The notes beneath the pieces were generated by a model. It did not search any database. It was given only the letters and a program-made list of their open reading frames with translations, and was not told where the DNA came from. The translations under genes and the position numbers were made by a program. This document shows, piece by piece, positions 37,553 through 50,339 of a stretch of DNA of 64,000 nt. Source of the stretch: Mobula hypostoma (taxonomy: Eukaryota); NCBI RefSeq assembly GCF_963921235.1, contig NC_086108.1, forward strand, positions 34,722,001 through 34,786,000. Direction: 5' to 3'. Each line of letters opens with the position of its first letter. Within the stretch, counting starts at the first letter, position 1.

Positions 37553-37829
37553 TATTTACCCAGGGCTTTGCCCTCGATATCTGAATTATTAATCCAGTGA
37601 TAATGCCACTGTGCTAAACTTCAAATGTGTGTTTTGCTTTGCCAATCATCAATAAGTGTGTAACTTTCATCTTTTTTCCCCAACTCAATGATTTGTAATC
37701 TGCTAAACTTCTTTTCTCAGCTGTCATCTCTCTTAGAAGGAGGGTCCAGTTTCTCTGGTCAAACCTTGTAGTTGAAATCCATCATCACTACAAACGTTCT
37801 GGTAAATCTCTGCACCATCTCTGTTGTGA

Positions 37830-38525
37830 CTGTGATCAAAGTCATCAGAGAGACACTGAAGCTGCTGATGTAGAAGTCCTTATTCAGCACAAGCAGACAT
37901 TCGTCTACAGACTCTCTCAGTCGAGTCTCACAAATTCAAAAGTACAGCACATTTTTTATACTTTTAAATCAAAAGTAACTGTAGGTGATTCAGTACAATT
38001 TCAATAGTTACAATGACATCATTTGCATCAATATTTTGGGTTGACAATGTTTCCTTTGAATTACATATCTACAGTGACAGATGTCTCTGAATGTACAAAC
38101 ATTCTGGAGCAAAATAATTCACACAAATAGTCTAAAAGCTTCTGGGTCAAGGATCCCAGACACACAAACCTATTGATAGATCAGCTATTTGATGTGCTCA
38201 GTGTTAATATCAGTCTGGTCTGCAAGGTTCCTTTAACTCAATTCACAATGGTGCAAAGTAACTAAGCTATGTTGCCTGTTTTGATGCAAGTCCTATAATA
38301 TAACCCCAATATCTTAACATTTGACTGATGTATCTACTAACATCAGATTGTTATCATTTTGTAAACCACATCTCTTGGTCTGAGGGTGGCCTGTGCTCCA
38401 CAGAAAATATTGTTTATTAACAAAGGTGTGCATTTAACTTCAATTTACTGCTTGTAATTTACATTAAGAACTGAAGACTGGTTCTTGTTTGAATTAATAT
38501 CTGTTATATTTACATAACTCTAGAA
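37830..38525 (-). mobile_element. Possible solo LTR
   Basis: TGTGA start; minus-strand TATA (TTTTTATA) and polyA-like signals in LTR order; no TSD. Confidence 0.3.
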
Positions 38526-38614
38526 TACTCCCTAATAATCTCTTAAAATATTCCCATCGTTCCTAATGTTAGCTGACTGGAGTTAGTCACAATACACCAG
38601 CTGTAGCATTAATA

Positions 38615-38836
38615 TGTCTTATGCTCAACCTTGTTTTCTTTAAAGTTATCTCTGTATGATCTGCTCAGGAACATCATTTTGTCAACACTATTTTTGGCAC
38701 TCTTCATGTGCCAAACTAGCCCACATTTCCTTTTAACCTGTCTTTGAGATTTATCTGTCAGTGGAAATACCAGCATTTAATACACATCCCTAATTGCCTT
38801 TGAGGAGATGTTGGAGAGCAACATGCAACCAAGTAG
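38615..38836 (+). repeat. Local direct duplication, copy 1 (~220 bp)
   Basis: Aligns to 45011-45231 with about 15 differences (manual count). Confidence 0.9.
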
Positions 38837-38990
38837 CTTGCTTGGGGGGGGGCGTCAAGTGATGACGTGGGATTGAGACGTGTAAATCCAGCTCTCCCGC
38901 AACAAGTCAGTAAAGTACCGTTTAAACAAAACAAAGTTAGTAAATATTTTCTGAAAACTATTTATAAACTTTGTAAGATTACTTTACGAT

Positions 38991-40112
38991 ATGCCTCCTA
39001 AACCGCAACAAAAGAAGTCTGCTGTTGCGAAGCAGCCGCGAGACGGGAAGCAAAAAGGGCCTACTGCAACGATGGAGCCTCGGACTCAGGTTGGATCTCC
39101 TTCGGTAGAACAGAGAGCAACGGCGGTGGCAACGGTTTCTTCGAAGAAGACGCCGGTAATGCACATGCGCAAAGAAGAGCGCATGCGCAAACCGACACAA
39201 CACAAACTACAAGAACCAATAGCCACTGCAATTGAAAATGACTCAGAGTCAGAATCGGATTCCGCAGAGAACATAGATGAAGAAGAGGAGGAAGAACTGG
39301 AAGCGATTGGAAGTAAAGGAGATGATAGAGATATGAGAGAGGCTATATTGCAATTAACGGCTGAATTAAGAAAAGTAAGAGAAGAACTTAGAGATACGAA
39401 GATGTGCTATGATAAAGTTATGGCAAGACAGGACAAAATGGATAAGAAGCTTCAGAAGATGGAAAGAGCAATGGGGCATATGAATGATAGAGTGGAAAAT
39501 ACAGAAAATGATTTGCTTGTCTGGAATTCGGAAAGAAACCGACTCTTGGAGAAAGTGGACATGTTGGAAAATTTTAGTAGAGGTAATAATATTAAAATTG
39601 TTGGTCTTAAAGAAGGTATGGAGGGAGATAAACCAGTTAAATTTTTTGAAAAATGGATCCCAGATGTTTTGCAAATGGAAGAGGAGGTTCGATCCATTGA
39701 AATTGAGCGGGCACATAGAGCTTTAAGACCAAAACCAAAAGATGACCAATATCCACGATCGATTTTAATAAAATTCTTAAGATTTCAAGACAAGGAAAGG
39801 ATTCTACAGGCAGCTACTCGAGCTGCCAAAGATAGAAAAGGGCCATTGATAATTGGAGACAACAAAGTTTTTTTCTATCCTGATATAAGTTACGAACTTT
39901 TGAAGAGAAGGAAGAAATTTAATCCAGTGAAAAAAACCCTATGGGAGTATGGTTATCAATTTACACTGCGTTATCCTGCAACTTTGAAGATTTTTTTGGT
40001 GGGTGGAGAAAAAAGATTTTTTGATGATTATCAGAAAGCAGAGCAGTTTGTGCGAGATTCTCTGAAAACTCACCAGACACAAGAACAAACCCAGGAGAGC
40101 GAGATAGATTGA
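38991..40112 (+). CDS. L1 ORF1p (coiled coil, RRM, CTD), intact 373 aa
   Basis: LENFSRGNNIKIVGLKEG, IERAHR, PRSILIKF, FYPDIS, YPATL. Confidence 0.92.
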   Translation: MPPKPQQKKSAVAKQPRDGKQKGPTATMEPRTQVGSPSVEQRATAVATVSSKKTPVMHMRKEERMRKPTQHKLQEPIATAIENDSESESDSAENIDEEEEEELEAIGSKGDDRDMREAILQLTAELRKVREELRDTKMCYDKVMARQDKMDKKLQKMERAMGHMNDRVENTENDLLVWNSERNRLLEKVDMLENFSRGNNIKIVGLKEGMEGDKPVKFFEKWIPDVLQMEEEVRSIEIERAHRALRPKPKDDQYPRSILIKFLRFQDKERILQAATRAAKDRKGPLIIGDNKVFFYPDISYELLKRRKKFNPVKKTLWEYGYQFTLRYPATLKIFLVGGEKRFFDDYQKAEQFVRDSLKTHQTQEQTQESEID

Positions 40113-40580
40113 AGATGAAGATTGGGTTAGAGAATGGACTTGATGGATTTTTGAAGCTGTATGAATGTATAAATATATTATTAATTATACGAGGGGGGTA
40201 AGAAAGGTTAAAACTGGAGGAATATTAGTTGGGAAAAGTAATACTAATTTTGTCTATATGTATATAATGTTTTTTTTTGTTGCGGGGGAGCTGGAAGAAG
40301 CACTGATCGATTGCTACGCTAGTCATGTGTGCAAGCGTGGCTTTTGCCACGACCCGCAAAATGGAGGGGGGTAGTGTTGTGTATCCTTTCGTTCACAACA
40401 TTAGTGGGGGGGTATTTTGTTTTTTCTTTTTTTGTACTTTTTCTATCTTTTTTCTTTTTGCCTGGAAGGTTGGGAGGGAGACACATAGCAACATGGTGAG
40501 GTTTAAAGAGATTCCCCAAGGAACTATGAAAGTTGAGAAGATAAATAATGTTTTAGATTGGAGTAACTTTGTGAAGAATA

Positions 40581-43500
40581 ATGACTAATTTATTGAATTT
40601 TTTGAGTTTTAATGTTAATGGGCTTAATGGACCAGTGAAAAGAAAAAGAATCTTAACACATATTAAAAAAATGAAGATAGATTTAGCTTTTTTACAGGAA
40701 ACGCACCTAACGGAAACAGAACATCAGAAACTAAAGAGAGATTGGGTGGGTAGTGTTGTTGCGGCTTCATTTAACTCAAAAGCGAGGGGAGTAGCAATTT
40801 TGATCAATAAAACGTTACCAATTAGAATACAAAATGTAATAACTGATTCTGCGGGGAGATATGTGATTATACATTGTCAACTTTTCTCTGAATTATGGAC
40901 TTTTATGAACATTTATGCACCAAATGAAAATGATGCAAAATTCATACAAGAAGCTTTTCTGAATTTGGCGGATGCGCATGAAAAAATATTAATTGGAGGA
41001 GACTTTAATTTTTGCTTAGACCCAGCCTTAGATAGATCAACCAAGGCTGTTATAAAATCGAAGGTAGTAAATTTAACTTTATCATTGATGAAGGATTTAA
41101 ATCTGATTGATATATGGAGAAGAATCAATCCTAAAGAAAGAGACTATTCGTTTTACTCCCATAGACATAAAACTTTCTCAAGGATAGCTTTGTTTCTATT
41201 ATCAATGCATATTCAACACAGAGTGAAAAATATGGAATATAAAGCAAGAATATTATCAGATCATTCCCCTTTATTAATGACAATAATAATGGCTGATAAG
41301 GAAGAAGTGGCTTATAGATGGAGATTTAATTCAATATTATTAAAACGTCAAGATTTTTGTGATTTTATGAAAAAGCAGATTCAATTTTTTTTGGATACAA
41401 ATTTTCATTCAGTGGATGATAAATTTATATTATGGGATGCGATGAAAGCATATCTTAGGGGCCAGATAATAAGTTATACGTCTAAAATTAAGAAAGAATA
41501 TATGGCAGAACTAGATCAATTGGAAAAAGAGATTACAAAACTAGAAAAAGAATCTCAAAGATATATGTCAGAAGAGAAACGAAAACAGCTTGTCAATAAG
41601 AAGTTACAATACAATACGCTTCAGACATATAGAACGGAAAAAGCAATTATAAGAACTAAACAAAGGTATTATGAGTTAGGTAAAAGAGCACATAAAATTC
41701 TTGCCTGGCAGTTGAAAACAGAACAAGCTTCCAAAACAATAAATGCAATTAGAACAAGCGCAAATAAAGTATCTTATAAACCTCTTGAAATAAATGAAAC
41801 TTTTAAAAATTTCTATTCTGAATTATATCAATCAGAATCCCAAAATGATATTAATGAGATAGAAGGGTTTTTATCACAAGTTTCTCTTCCAAAATTGAAT
41901 TTGGAAGAACAGAAGGGATTAGATATGCCTTTTACATTAAAAGAAGTTGAAGAAGCTTTAGGATCACTCCAAAGTAATAACTCTCCAGGAGAAGATGGTT
42001 TTCCACCTGAATTTTATAAAAAATTTAAAGATTTATTATTTCCTCTTTTTATGGAACTAATACGTCAAGCAGAAAAAATACATAAACTTCCAGAATCTTT
42101 TTCAACAGCGATTGTAATAGTATTGCCAAAAAAAGACAGAGATCCTATGAAACCAGCATCATATAGGCCTATTTCTTTATTGAATACGGATTATAAAATA
42201 ATAGCAAAAATTTTATCGAATAGATTATCTAAATATTTACCAAAATTAATACATATGGATCAAACAGGATTTATTAAAAGTAGACAATTGGCAGATAATG
42301 TAACTCGGCTACTCAGTATAATTCATTTGGCACAAAAAAGGGATGAGAAGAGTATAGTAGTAGCTTTGGATGCAGAAAAAGCATTTGATAGGTTAGAATG
42401 GGATTTTTTATTTAAAGTACTAGAAAAATATGGGTTAGGAACATCTTTTATAAATTTGATTTAAACTTTAAATTCTAACCCTAAAGCTAAAGTAGTGACA
42501 AATTCTCAAATTTCAACACCATTCCAGTTAAAAAGGTCAACTAGACAAGGTTGTCCACTATCACCTGCTTTATTTGTATTGGCGATAGAGCCATTAGCAG
42601 AACTAATTAGAATTGATCCAGATATTATGGGTTTTAGAGTTAATCAGGAGGAATATAAAATTAATCTTTTTGCCGATGATGTTTTGATCTATTTAACAAA
42701 TCCACAATATTCGTTACATAAATTATCTTCTGGATTGGATGAATCTGGGAAGGTATCAGGTTACAAAATAAATTGGAATAGAAGTGAAATTTTACCTCTT
42801 ACTAAAGGAGACTATAGTCAATGTCGATTAGTAACCCAATTTAGATGGCCGGTAAATGGTATAAAGCATTTAGGTGTAAGACTTGATAATGATGTAAAGA
42901 ATTTATATAAATTTAATTATTTACCACTATTGAAAAAAATTCAAGAAGATCTTGACAAATGGATGATATTACCAATAACATTAGTAGGTAGAGTCAATGT
43001 TGTAAAAATGAATATATTTCCTAGATTACAGTATCTGTTTCAAACATTACCAATACAATTGCCACAGAAATTTTTTCAAGAGTTAAATAAATGGGTGACA
43101 AAATTTCTTTGGAAAGTAAAATGTCAAGAATATCATTGGAAAAATTGACATGTAAATTTGGGTTAGGAGGGTTACAACTTCCAAACTTTAAAAACTATTA
43201 TAAAGCAAATCAACTTAGATTTATTGCATCTTTCTTCGATGATCGAAAACCAGCATGGATTAAAATAGAACTAGACAAGATAGGAGAAAATAGACCTGAA
43301 GATTTTATATATAAATGGGAATCTAAATTGATACGGGAAAAGAAAGAATCTCCTATATTAACACATTTGATTGATCTATGGAATAAGATAAATGTTGATA
43401 ATGAAACACAGAAATCTCTATTAGCAAGGAGACCTTTGTTCTAAAACAGACTTATTCCTTTTACAATGGACAATCAACTTTTATATAATTGGTACCAAAA

Positions 43501-44356
43501 AGGGATTAAATTTATAGGAGACTGTTTTGAACGAGGTATATTGATGTCATTTGAACAATTAAAGGATAAATATAAAATATCTAATAATACTTTCTTCTGT
43601 TACTTTCAATTAAGGGCTTACTTAAAAGGTAAGCTGGGTCAAACAATGTTTTTGCCAAAACCTGATGACATTGAAATTTTAATTCAAAAAGGGAAAATTA
43701 AAAAATTTATTTCTTGTATGTATAATTTGATTCAAGAACAGACAATTAAACAAGGAACCCATAAGTCAAAGCAAAAATGGGAAACAGATCTGAATATTAT
43801 TATTGATGAAACAAATTGGTCAAGACTTTGTCTTGACAGTATGACAAATACAATAAATGTTCGACTTAGATTAGTACAATATAATTTTTTACATCAATTA
43901 TATATTACACCGCAAAAAATAAATAGATTAAATACAAATTTTTCTGATAAATGTTTTCGGTGTAATCAAGAAATTGGTACTTTTTTACATTCTACTTGGT
44001 CTTGTTTTAAAATTCAACCTTTTTGGATAAATTTAAGAATCTTATTGGAACAAATTACTGCAACTCAACTTCCACATAACCCTGTATTATTTTTATTAGG
44101 TGATATTGAAGGGATAAAACCGAAACTTAAATTGAATAAATATCAGAAAGAATTTATAAAAATTGCATTGGCAGTAGCTAAGAAGACTATAGCAGTTACT
44201 TGGAAACCTGATTCGTATTTAAGTATGGATCGTTGTAATAATGAAATGGCTAGTTCTATTCCACTTGAAAAAATTACTTATAATTTAAGAGATAAATATG
44301 TAACATTTTTGAATATTTGGCGCCCTTATTTACAAAAGATAGGATGGCATATTTAA
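40581..44356 (+). pseudogene. L1 ORF2 (APE endonuclease, RT, CCHC), disabled
   Basis: FNVNGL, LQETH, GDFN, SDH, YRPISL, DAEKAFD, RQGCPLSP, LFADD, CFRC...H...C; stops ending at 42464 and 43444 and a frameshift near 43115. Confidence 0.93.
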
Positions 44357-45010
44357 GTGCTCCAATAAAGACTTTGGTCACTTGGGGAAAGTAACAAATA
44401 ATTATACCAAATTCATTTTGAATCCCATGGAGCATGTGGAAACCTTCCAATAACCAGGCGGTTCTTTTCTTTTTTTTTCTTTTTCTTTCTTTTTAGGTAG
44501 GACTATATATGGGGGGGGGGAGGGTTAAGAGGAGGGGGGAGGGTAGATTCTTTTTTTTCATGTATTCTTTTTGAAAATTCAATAAAAATTATATTTAAAA
44601 AAAAAGTAGCTTGCTTGGCCATTTAAGGATAGAGCATATGCTGTGTATCTAAAGGCCAAACCAAATACAGAACACCAGTCATGAACTAGTTGGGTTTTTA
44701 CAACAATCTGGAACTTTTGTATCAACATCATTGGTGTTTGGTTTTCCAAGTTCCAGATTATTATTTAAATTTAAATTCCACAATGGCTTGGAAATTTGAA
44801 CTGGATTATTAGCCTAAACGTGGATTATTAGTCTTTTAGTTTAACTGCTATGCCTCCACCATACCAGTTAGAGCAATGCTTCAAAATGTATGCAGTTTCT
44901 TTCATTAACTATATTCACCTTGAAAACAGCAGTCACTGTCCAAAGACATAGCATTTATTAGCTGTAAATGCTCAGAAGCTATAGTATGTATAAGACCAAT
45001 GAAACTATAT

Positions 45011-45231
45011 TGTCTTATGCTCAACCTTGTTTTCTTTAAGTTACTTCTGTATGATCTGCTCAGGAACATCATTTTGTCAACACTATTTTTGGTACTCTTC
45101 ATGTGCCAAACTTGCCCACATTTCTTTTTAACATGTTTTTGAGATTTAGCTGTCACTGGAAATAACAGCATTTATTACACATTCCTAATTGCCTTTGAGG
45201 AGATATTGGAGAGCAACGTGCAACCAAGTAG
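45011..45231 (+). repeat. Local direct duplication, copy 2
   Basis: See 38615-38836. Confidence 0.9.
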
Positions 45232-46298
45232 AAATAATATCCCGACTGCTTCACTCAATGTGCGTCATTGCTTTGTTCACTACTTTGCTTCAAGCCTCAC
45301 TGACCTACAGTGAGATTATAGCCATTAGATCTTCTTTGACTGTGTGGAGGATGGCTTGCTTTCACTCCAGATTTGTAGGTTCTGAGGCATTTAATGAGGC
45401 CTGTGTGAGAATTGGAGACTGTTGCACACTTGGGACAAGGGTGTCGCATTGGACAGACAGGGGCTGGTTGGTGATCAGGTGGTGCACTCTTTTCCCCTAC
45501 CTGTGAAATGCTCCTGAAAATCTACCTCTTTGTCAAAGTTTTCGTTCTTTTGCCCTCAGGCATCCTTTGGTGCCAGTCTGTCAGATGTAATTTGATGAAG
45601 CTCTTGTGTTGCATCTGTGATGTTTTACTATATTAATGATGCTACATAAACACAAATAGTTGTTGAAGCTGTTCACAGTTCTATCTGGCCTTTAGCTATG
45701 TTTTCATTTACAACATACTCTGAATAAGAGGTCGGTCTTCTATTTTTTTCCTCTTTGCTTGTGGTCTGGCATGACCAAATGGCTTCCCAGACCGCTTTTG
45801 ACAATTGAATACATTAATCTGGCATTGGAGTAACTTATAGGGGCTGGAGTTCTCAGAGTTTAGCTACCAGTGAATCCGATCTGGGTATTGTTATTTGGCA
45901 GTGTGACAACTTCTATGGGAATGAATTTCTTTATTTTCAGACTTTATTAACTGAATGCAAATTTCTAAGTTGCCTGCACCCTTAGGAGCATTAATGTAGA
46001 GATCTCTGGGTGCATGGCCATGGCTCTCTGAAGATAGCAATACAAACAGATAGGGGAGTTCAGAACAAAAATTGAGGAACTCAGTTGCAGTTGTGAAGGT
46101 TAGGCTACACTTAGAGTATTCTGGTTGCTGCACTACAGGAAGAATGTTGAGGCTTTGGTGAGGGCTCTGAAGATGATCTCCAGGATGTTGCCTGGATTAG
46201 AGTGTATTAGCTACAAGGAGGGGTTGAACAAATTTGAATTGTCTCCTCTGGAGTGTCAGAGGCTGAGGGTTGTTGTTATAGATTATTATAAAATTTTA

Positions 46299-46363
46299 CA
46301 GTACTGTGCAAAAGTCCTAGGCACATATGTAGCTAGGGTGCTTAAGACTTTTGCACAGTACTG
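46299..46363. mobile_element. 65-bp Tc1/mariner MITE
   Basis: 26-bp TIRs CAGTACTGTGCAAAAGTC(C/T)TA(G/A)GCAC; TA on both sides. Confidence 0.9.
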
Positions 46364-46439
46364 TAGATTATGTATTTCCAGTTACCAAATAACACTTAAT
46401 GCTACTGAGCTAAAACAAAGCCAAGTACCCTTATCTCTG

Positions 46440-46820
46440 TTTCTTTTTTTTTATATGTATTTATTTGTTTATGGACGTGGGTGTGTCGCCAGCTAAACCA
46501 GCATCTACTGCCCATCCCTAATTGCCCTTGTAGAGGTGGTGATGAGCTGCCTTCTTGAACCGCTGCAGTCCCTGAGGTGTAGGTACACCCACAGTGCCGT
46601 TAGGGAGGGAGTCCCATGATTTTGACCCCGCGACAGTGAAGGAACAGCGATATGTTTCCAAGTCAGAATGGTGAGTGACTTGGAGGGGGATTTCCAAGTG
46701 CTGGTGTTCCCAGGTATCTGCTGTTCTCATCATTCAAGATGGTAATGGTCATGGATCTGGAAGGAGCTGCCTTAGGAACTTTGGTGTGTTGTTGCAGTGT
46801 ATCTTGTAGACAGCACACAG
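46440..46820 (-). mobile_element. CR1/L2-class LINE 3' end
   Basis: WDSLPNGTVGVPTPQGLQRFKKAAHHHL, then GGGCAATTAGGGATGGGCA and an A-rich tail. Confidence 0.8.
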
Positions 46821-46852
46821 TTCCCAACCACCTTCCTATTGTAACCAATATG

Positions 46853-46922
46853 CAGTACTGTGCAAAAGTCTTAGGCACTAGACCTGTATACTGTTTATGC
46901 GCCTAAAATTTTTGCACATCTG
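46853..46922. mobile_element. Second copy of the Tc1 MITE (right end decayed)
   Basis: CAGTACTGTGCAAAAGTCTTAGGCAC ... GCCTAAAATTTTTGCACA. Confidence 0.8.
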
Positions 46923-47329
46923 CATAGTATGTAGTGGAGATAGGGTAGATAGTCAGAGCCTTGTTCCCAGGGAATGTTCAATTACTAGAGGCATAGATTT
47001 AAAGTGAGAGGGGCAAAGTATGAGGCAGGTCTTTTTGTGCAGAGGGCAGTGGGTGCCTGAAATTCCAGAGGTTTTTAGACAGCGACATGAGCGGGCTGGG
47101 AATGAAGGACATAGATTAGTTGCAGGCATTTTGGGATTAGTTTGGATTGGCATCACAGTTGGCTCAGACATCATGTCTCAAAGGCTCTGTTCCTGGGCTG
47201 TACTATTCTATGTTCTATGCTAAATGGGTTTCAACTCATGTTCTTCGCATTACGTATCCAGGCCTCCAGGTTTTAGGTCTGGTCATGTAACTAAAAGGAA
47301 CATCATACTTGTGTATTGGTGATGGAGGT

Positions 47330-47460
47330 GGTCTCAGCTGTGGTTCATTAGTTAGCACTGCATCGGTAGGTTGTGGGTTCAAGTTCAACCTGGTTCTCCA
47401 TTGTAGTACTACGGTGTACAGTACAGCTACATCAGTAGTGCCTGCCTTTGATGAGACATC
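47330..47460 (+). mobile_element. Ancient tRNA-headed (Deu-type) SINE remnant
   Basis: GGTTGTGGGTTCAAGT B box followed by ...GCCTTTGATGAGAC. Confidence 0.45.
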
Positions 47461-48099
47461 TTTTTGAGACTCCTTCCCAGGTGCATCTCTGAACACAGAC
47501 AATCCTTTGGAAATTTCAATGGCTGCTGTTTTAACTTTAGATTTCCAGCATCTGAGGGTTAATTGATTTTCAGCTCCCCAATTCCGCATTAGGTCCATCT
47601 TTCTGATATAACTGAATTGAAATTGATGAGTATGGTGGAGACTGGTGTGATTCTCTGCTGCCTTTAGAACTAATAAAATTGTTTGTTTGCCAGCAAAGCA
47701 CTTAAGGTCATTCCACTTCTCCATTTCACTCTAGAGTCATTCAAACTAATTATATTTTGTTACTTCATTTAAATATGAAAGGAAGCTATCTGGATTGAAA
47801 GCCTGCCAATCAAATTACATTGCAGGGGGTATTTTTTTCTGTCCAGTATAGATAATTGATTCTGCAGGCCTCCTACAACCAAAAGATTAGATACTTTAAA
47901 ACCCTTTAGGAGACCAGACATATTTGTATTCTCTCTTCTTGTGGCTGTTGAAACCTGGACATTCATTCTGTGTAGAAATTCATTTGCAAAAGGCAGTCAA
48001 TAATTTTTTTTTATCTCCAGAGACGATCCTGGCATGTACATAGATTCTCAGAAGTTGCCTCTGGCCCCATCCATAATCACCTGTTACTTCAGGAAGGGG

Positions 48100-48546
48100 A
48101 CATTTCTACAGATATACCATGGAGAGCATTCTAACTGGCTGCATTCTCATCTGGTATGGGAGAGAGGGGTAGGGATCTGCTGCAGAGGTTCAAAAGAAAC
48201 GGCAGAAAATTGTGAACTCAGTCAACTCCGCCATGGGCACTAGCCTTCCTAGTATCCAGGACATTTTCAAGGAGCAATTTCTCAAAAAGGCGGCATCCAT
48301 TGTTAAGGACCCCCATCACCCAGGTCATGCCCTCTTCTCATTGCTACCATCAGGGAGGAGGTACAGGAGCCTGAAGACACACACTCAATGATTTAGGAAC
48401 AGCTTCTTCCGCTCTTCCATCAGATTTCTGAATGGACATTGAACCCATGAACACTAGCTCACTACTTGTTTTGTACTACTTGTTTAACCAAAAACAACAG
48501 ATTTCATGACATATTCCAGTGATATTAAACCTGATTCTGATTCTGA
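48100..48546 (+). mobile_element. Rex1-like LINE 3' fragment
   Basis: Homologous to 6700-7000 (reverse); (CTGATT)n tail. Confidence 0.8.
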
Positions 48547-48857
48547 TGGTTGATGCCTGGTGTAAAATCAACTGAAGGCAGGTGGCCAACACAAATGGGC
48601 TAATGCTGGTTTGCTAGTTCTGAACAACTGTATATCGGTCGCGAGCCATCCTGTCCAACACAGCCGGTGGAGCTGCTGCCTCACAGCACCAATGACCTGG
48701 GTTTAGTCGGTCGTCCCGCTGCCTTGCGGGACTAGTCAACACAATCACAGACCCCTCCCGCCCCAGTCATTCTCTCTTCTCTATAGGGCAGAAGGTAGAA
48801 AAGCCTGAGGACGTGTTTCAGTTGTCTCAAGGACAGCCTCTGTCCTGCTGTAATTAG

Positions 48858-49235
48858 GTTTCAATAGGCTTCAATAGGTACATTGAATGTCAGAGAAATG
48901 TATACAATATACATTCTGAAATTCTTTCTCTTCGCAACCATCCATGAAAACAGAGGAATGCCTCAAAGAGTGAATGATAGTTAAGTGTTAGAACCCAAAG
49001 ACCCCCCCCAGCTCCCCCCTCCCACATATAAGCAGCAGCAAAGTGGCAACCCCACCACCCCAGCAGAAAAGTATCGGCGCTCCCCACCAGCACTCAAGTG
49101 TGCAGCAAAGCATCAATAAAGACACAGACTAACAATAACCAAAGACTACTCGTTCACCTGGTATTCGAAATACCACAGGCTGGCTCTCTGTCCCTAAGAA
49201 GGGAAACAGAGGTGTCCCCGTTTCACTTCCATTTC
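48858..49235 (-). mobile_element. Non-autonomous retroposon inserted in a Rex1-like fragment
   Basis: ATTAG at both junctions (48853-48857, 49236-49240); repeated tail. Confidence 0.6.
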
Positions 49236-49886
49236 ATTAGCCTCTTGAACTGACTCCTTGTACAATGCGATGGACGATTGATCTCAGAATCTTCCTCGCC
49301 ATGGCCCTTGCACCTCATTGTCCCCCTGCAGCACACGTTCCCTGTAGCTGTAACACTTTATTCTACATTCTGTTATGGCTTTTCCTTTCATACTTATCCT
49401 GATGTCCTTGTGTTTGGAATGATATGTCTGGATAGCATGCAAAAGAAATCTTTTCACCAGACCTTGATACATGTGACAATAATAAAGCTGTTACCAATTA
49501 GAGTTTCTTCCCTAATTCAAAGACCCTCACCATCCAGCCCATGCAGGTGATGCAGAAGTCTCAAGTCCCATACCACTGGGTTGAGGAGCAGTTATTACCC
49601 GACAACCCTCACACTCCTCACAGCATGGATACCTTCAATCACTGCTATTCTGGACTGATGCTAATATTTAGACTCACTTTCAAGGACTCTTCATAACTCA
49701 TGTTCTCAGTATTATTTATTTGCATTTGTCATTTTTAGCACATTAGTTGTTTGTCAGTTTTTGTCTATTTATGACGTTTTTGGTAAATTCTATTGTATTT
49801 GTTTTTTTTTCCCCTTGTAAATACCTACAAGGATCTCACACTAGTATATAGTAACATATACGTGCTGCATTTTGATAATAAATTTA

Positions 49887-50041
49887 GGATCTTGATTAGC
49901 CAGGGCATCAAAGGGTATGGGGAGAAGGCAGGGGAGTGGGGATGACTGGAAGAATTGGATCAGCCTTGACTGAATGGTGGAGCAGACTTGACGGGCTGAA
50001 TGGCCTACTTCTGCTCCTATATCTTATGGTCTTATGGTCTT
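49887..50041 (+). mobile_element. CR1 3' end inserted into a Rex1 tail (host ~49510-50060)
   Basis: GGGCTGAATGGCCTACTTCTGC and (TCTTATGG)n; TSD ATTTA. Confidence 0.8.
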
Positions 50042-50339
50042 ATTTACTTTGAACTTGAATATTGATTCCAGGATGATCCTAAATAGTTTTCAGCTTGACT
50101 ATTTTTAGTAGTGCAATTACAAGTTCATCGCTTTGCTCTGCATCCAGGTCCTGTTGATCAAACTTCCAGCTTGTAACCATCCAATTATACACTGATTTGG
50201 GACAATACTGCACCATTCACATTTTTAACTGAATTGGGGATTTATCGCCATTACAATAATGTAATGTGATGATGTAAGTCCTTGAAGAGATTGCAACTAA
50301 AGGAATACACCATAATGTTTTAGTGAAAATGAAGTCTAC

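Larger units (their letters stand above)
38846..44603 (+). mobile_element. Full-length L1 LINE (~5.76 kb) with 15-bp TSD
   Basis: TSD AAGTAGCTTGCTTGG at 38831-38845 and 44604-44618; G-run 5' end; ORF1, spacer, ORF2, G-rich 3'UTR, AATAAA at 44581 and a short poly(A). Confidence 0.95.
46095..47220 (+). mobile_element. Old CR1 3' fragment interrupted between ~46297 and ~46930
   Basis: HYRKNVEAL...RMLPGLECISY before the gap; it resumes at DRVDSQSLVP and ends in a TTCTATG tail. Confidence 0.75.
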
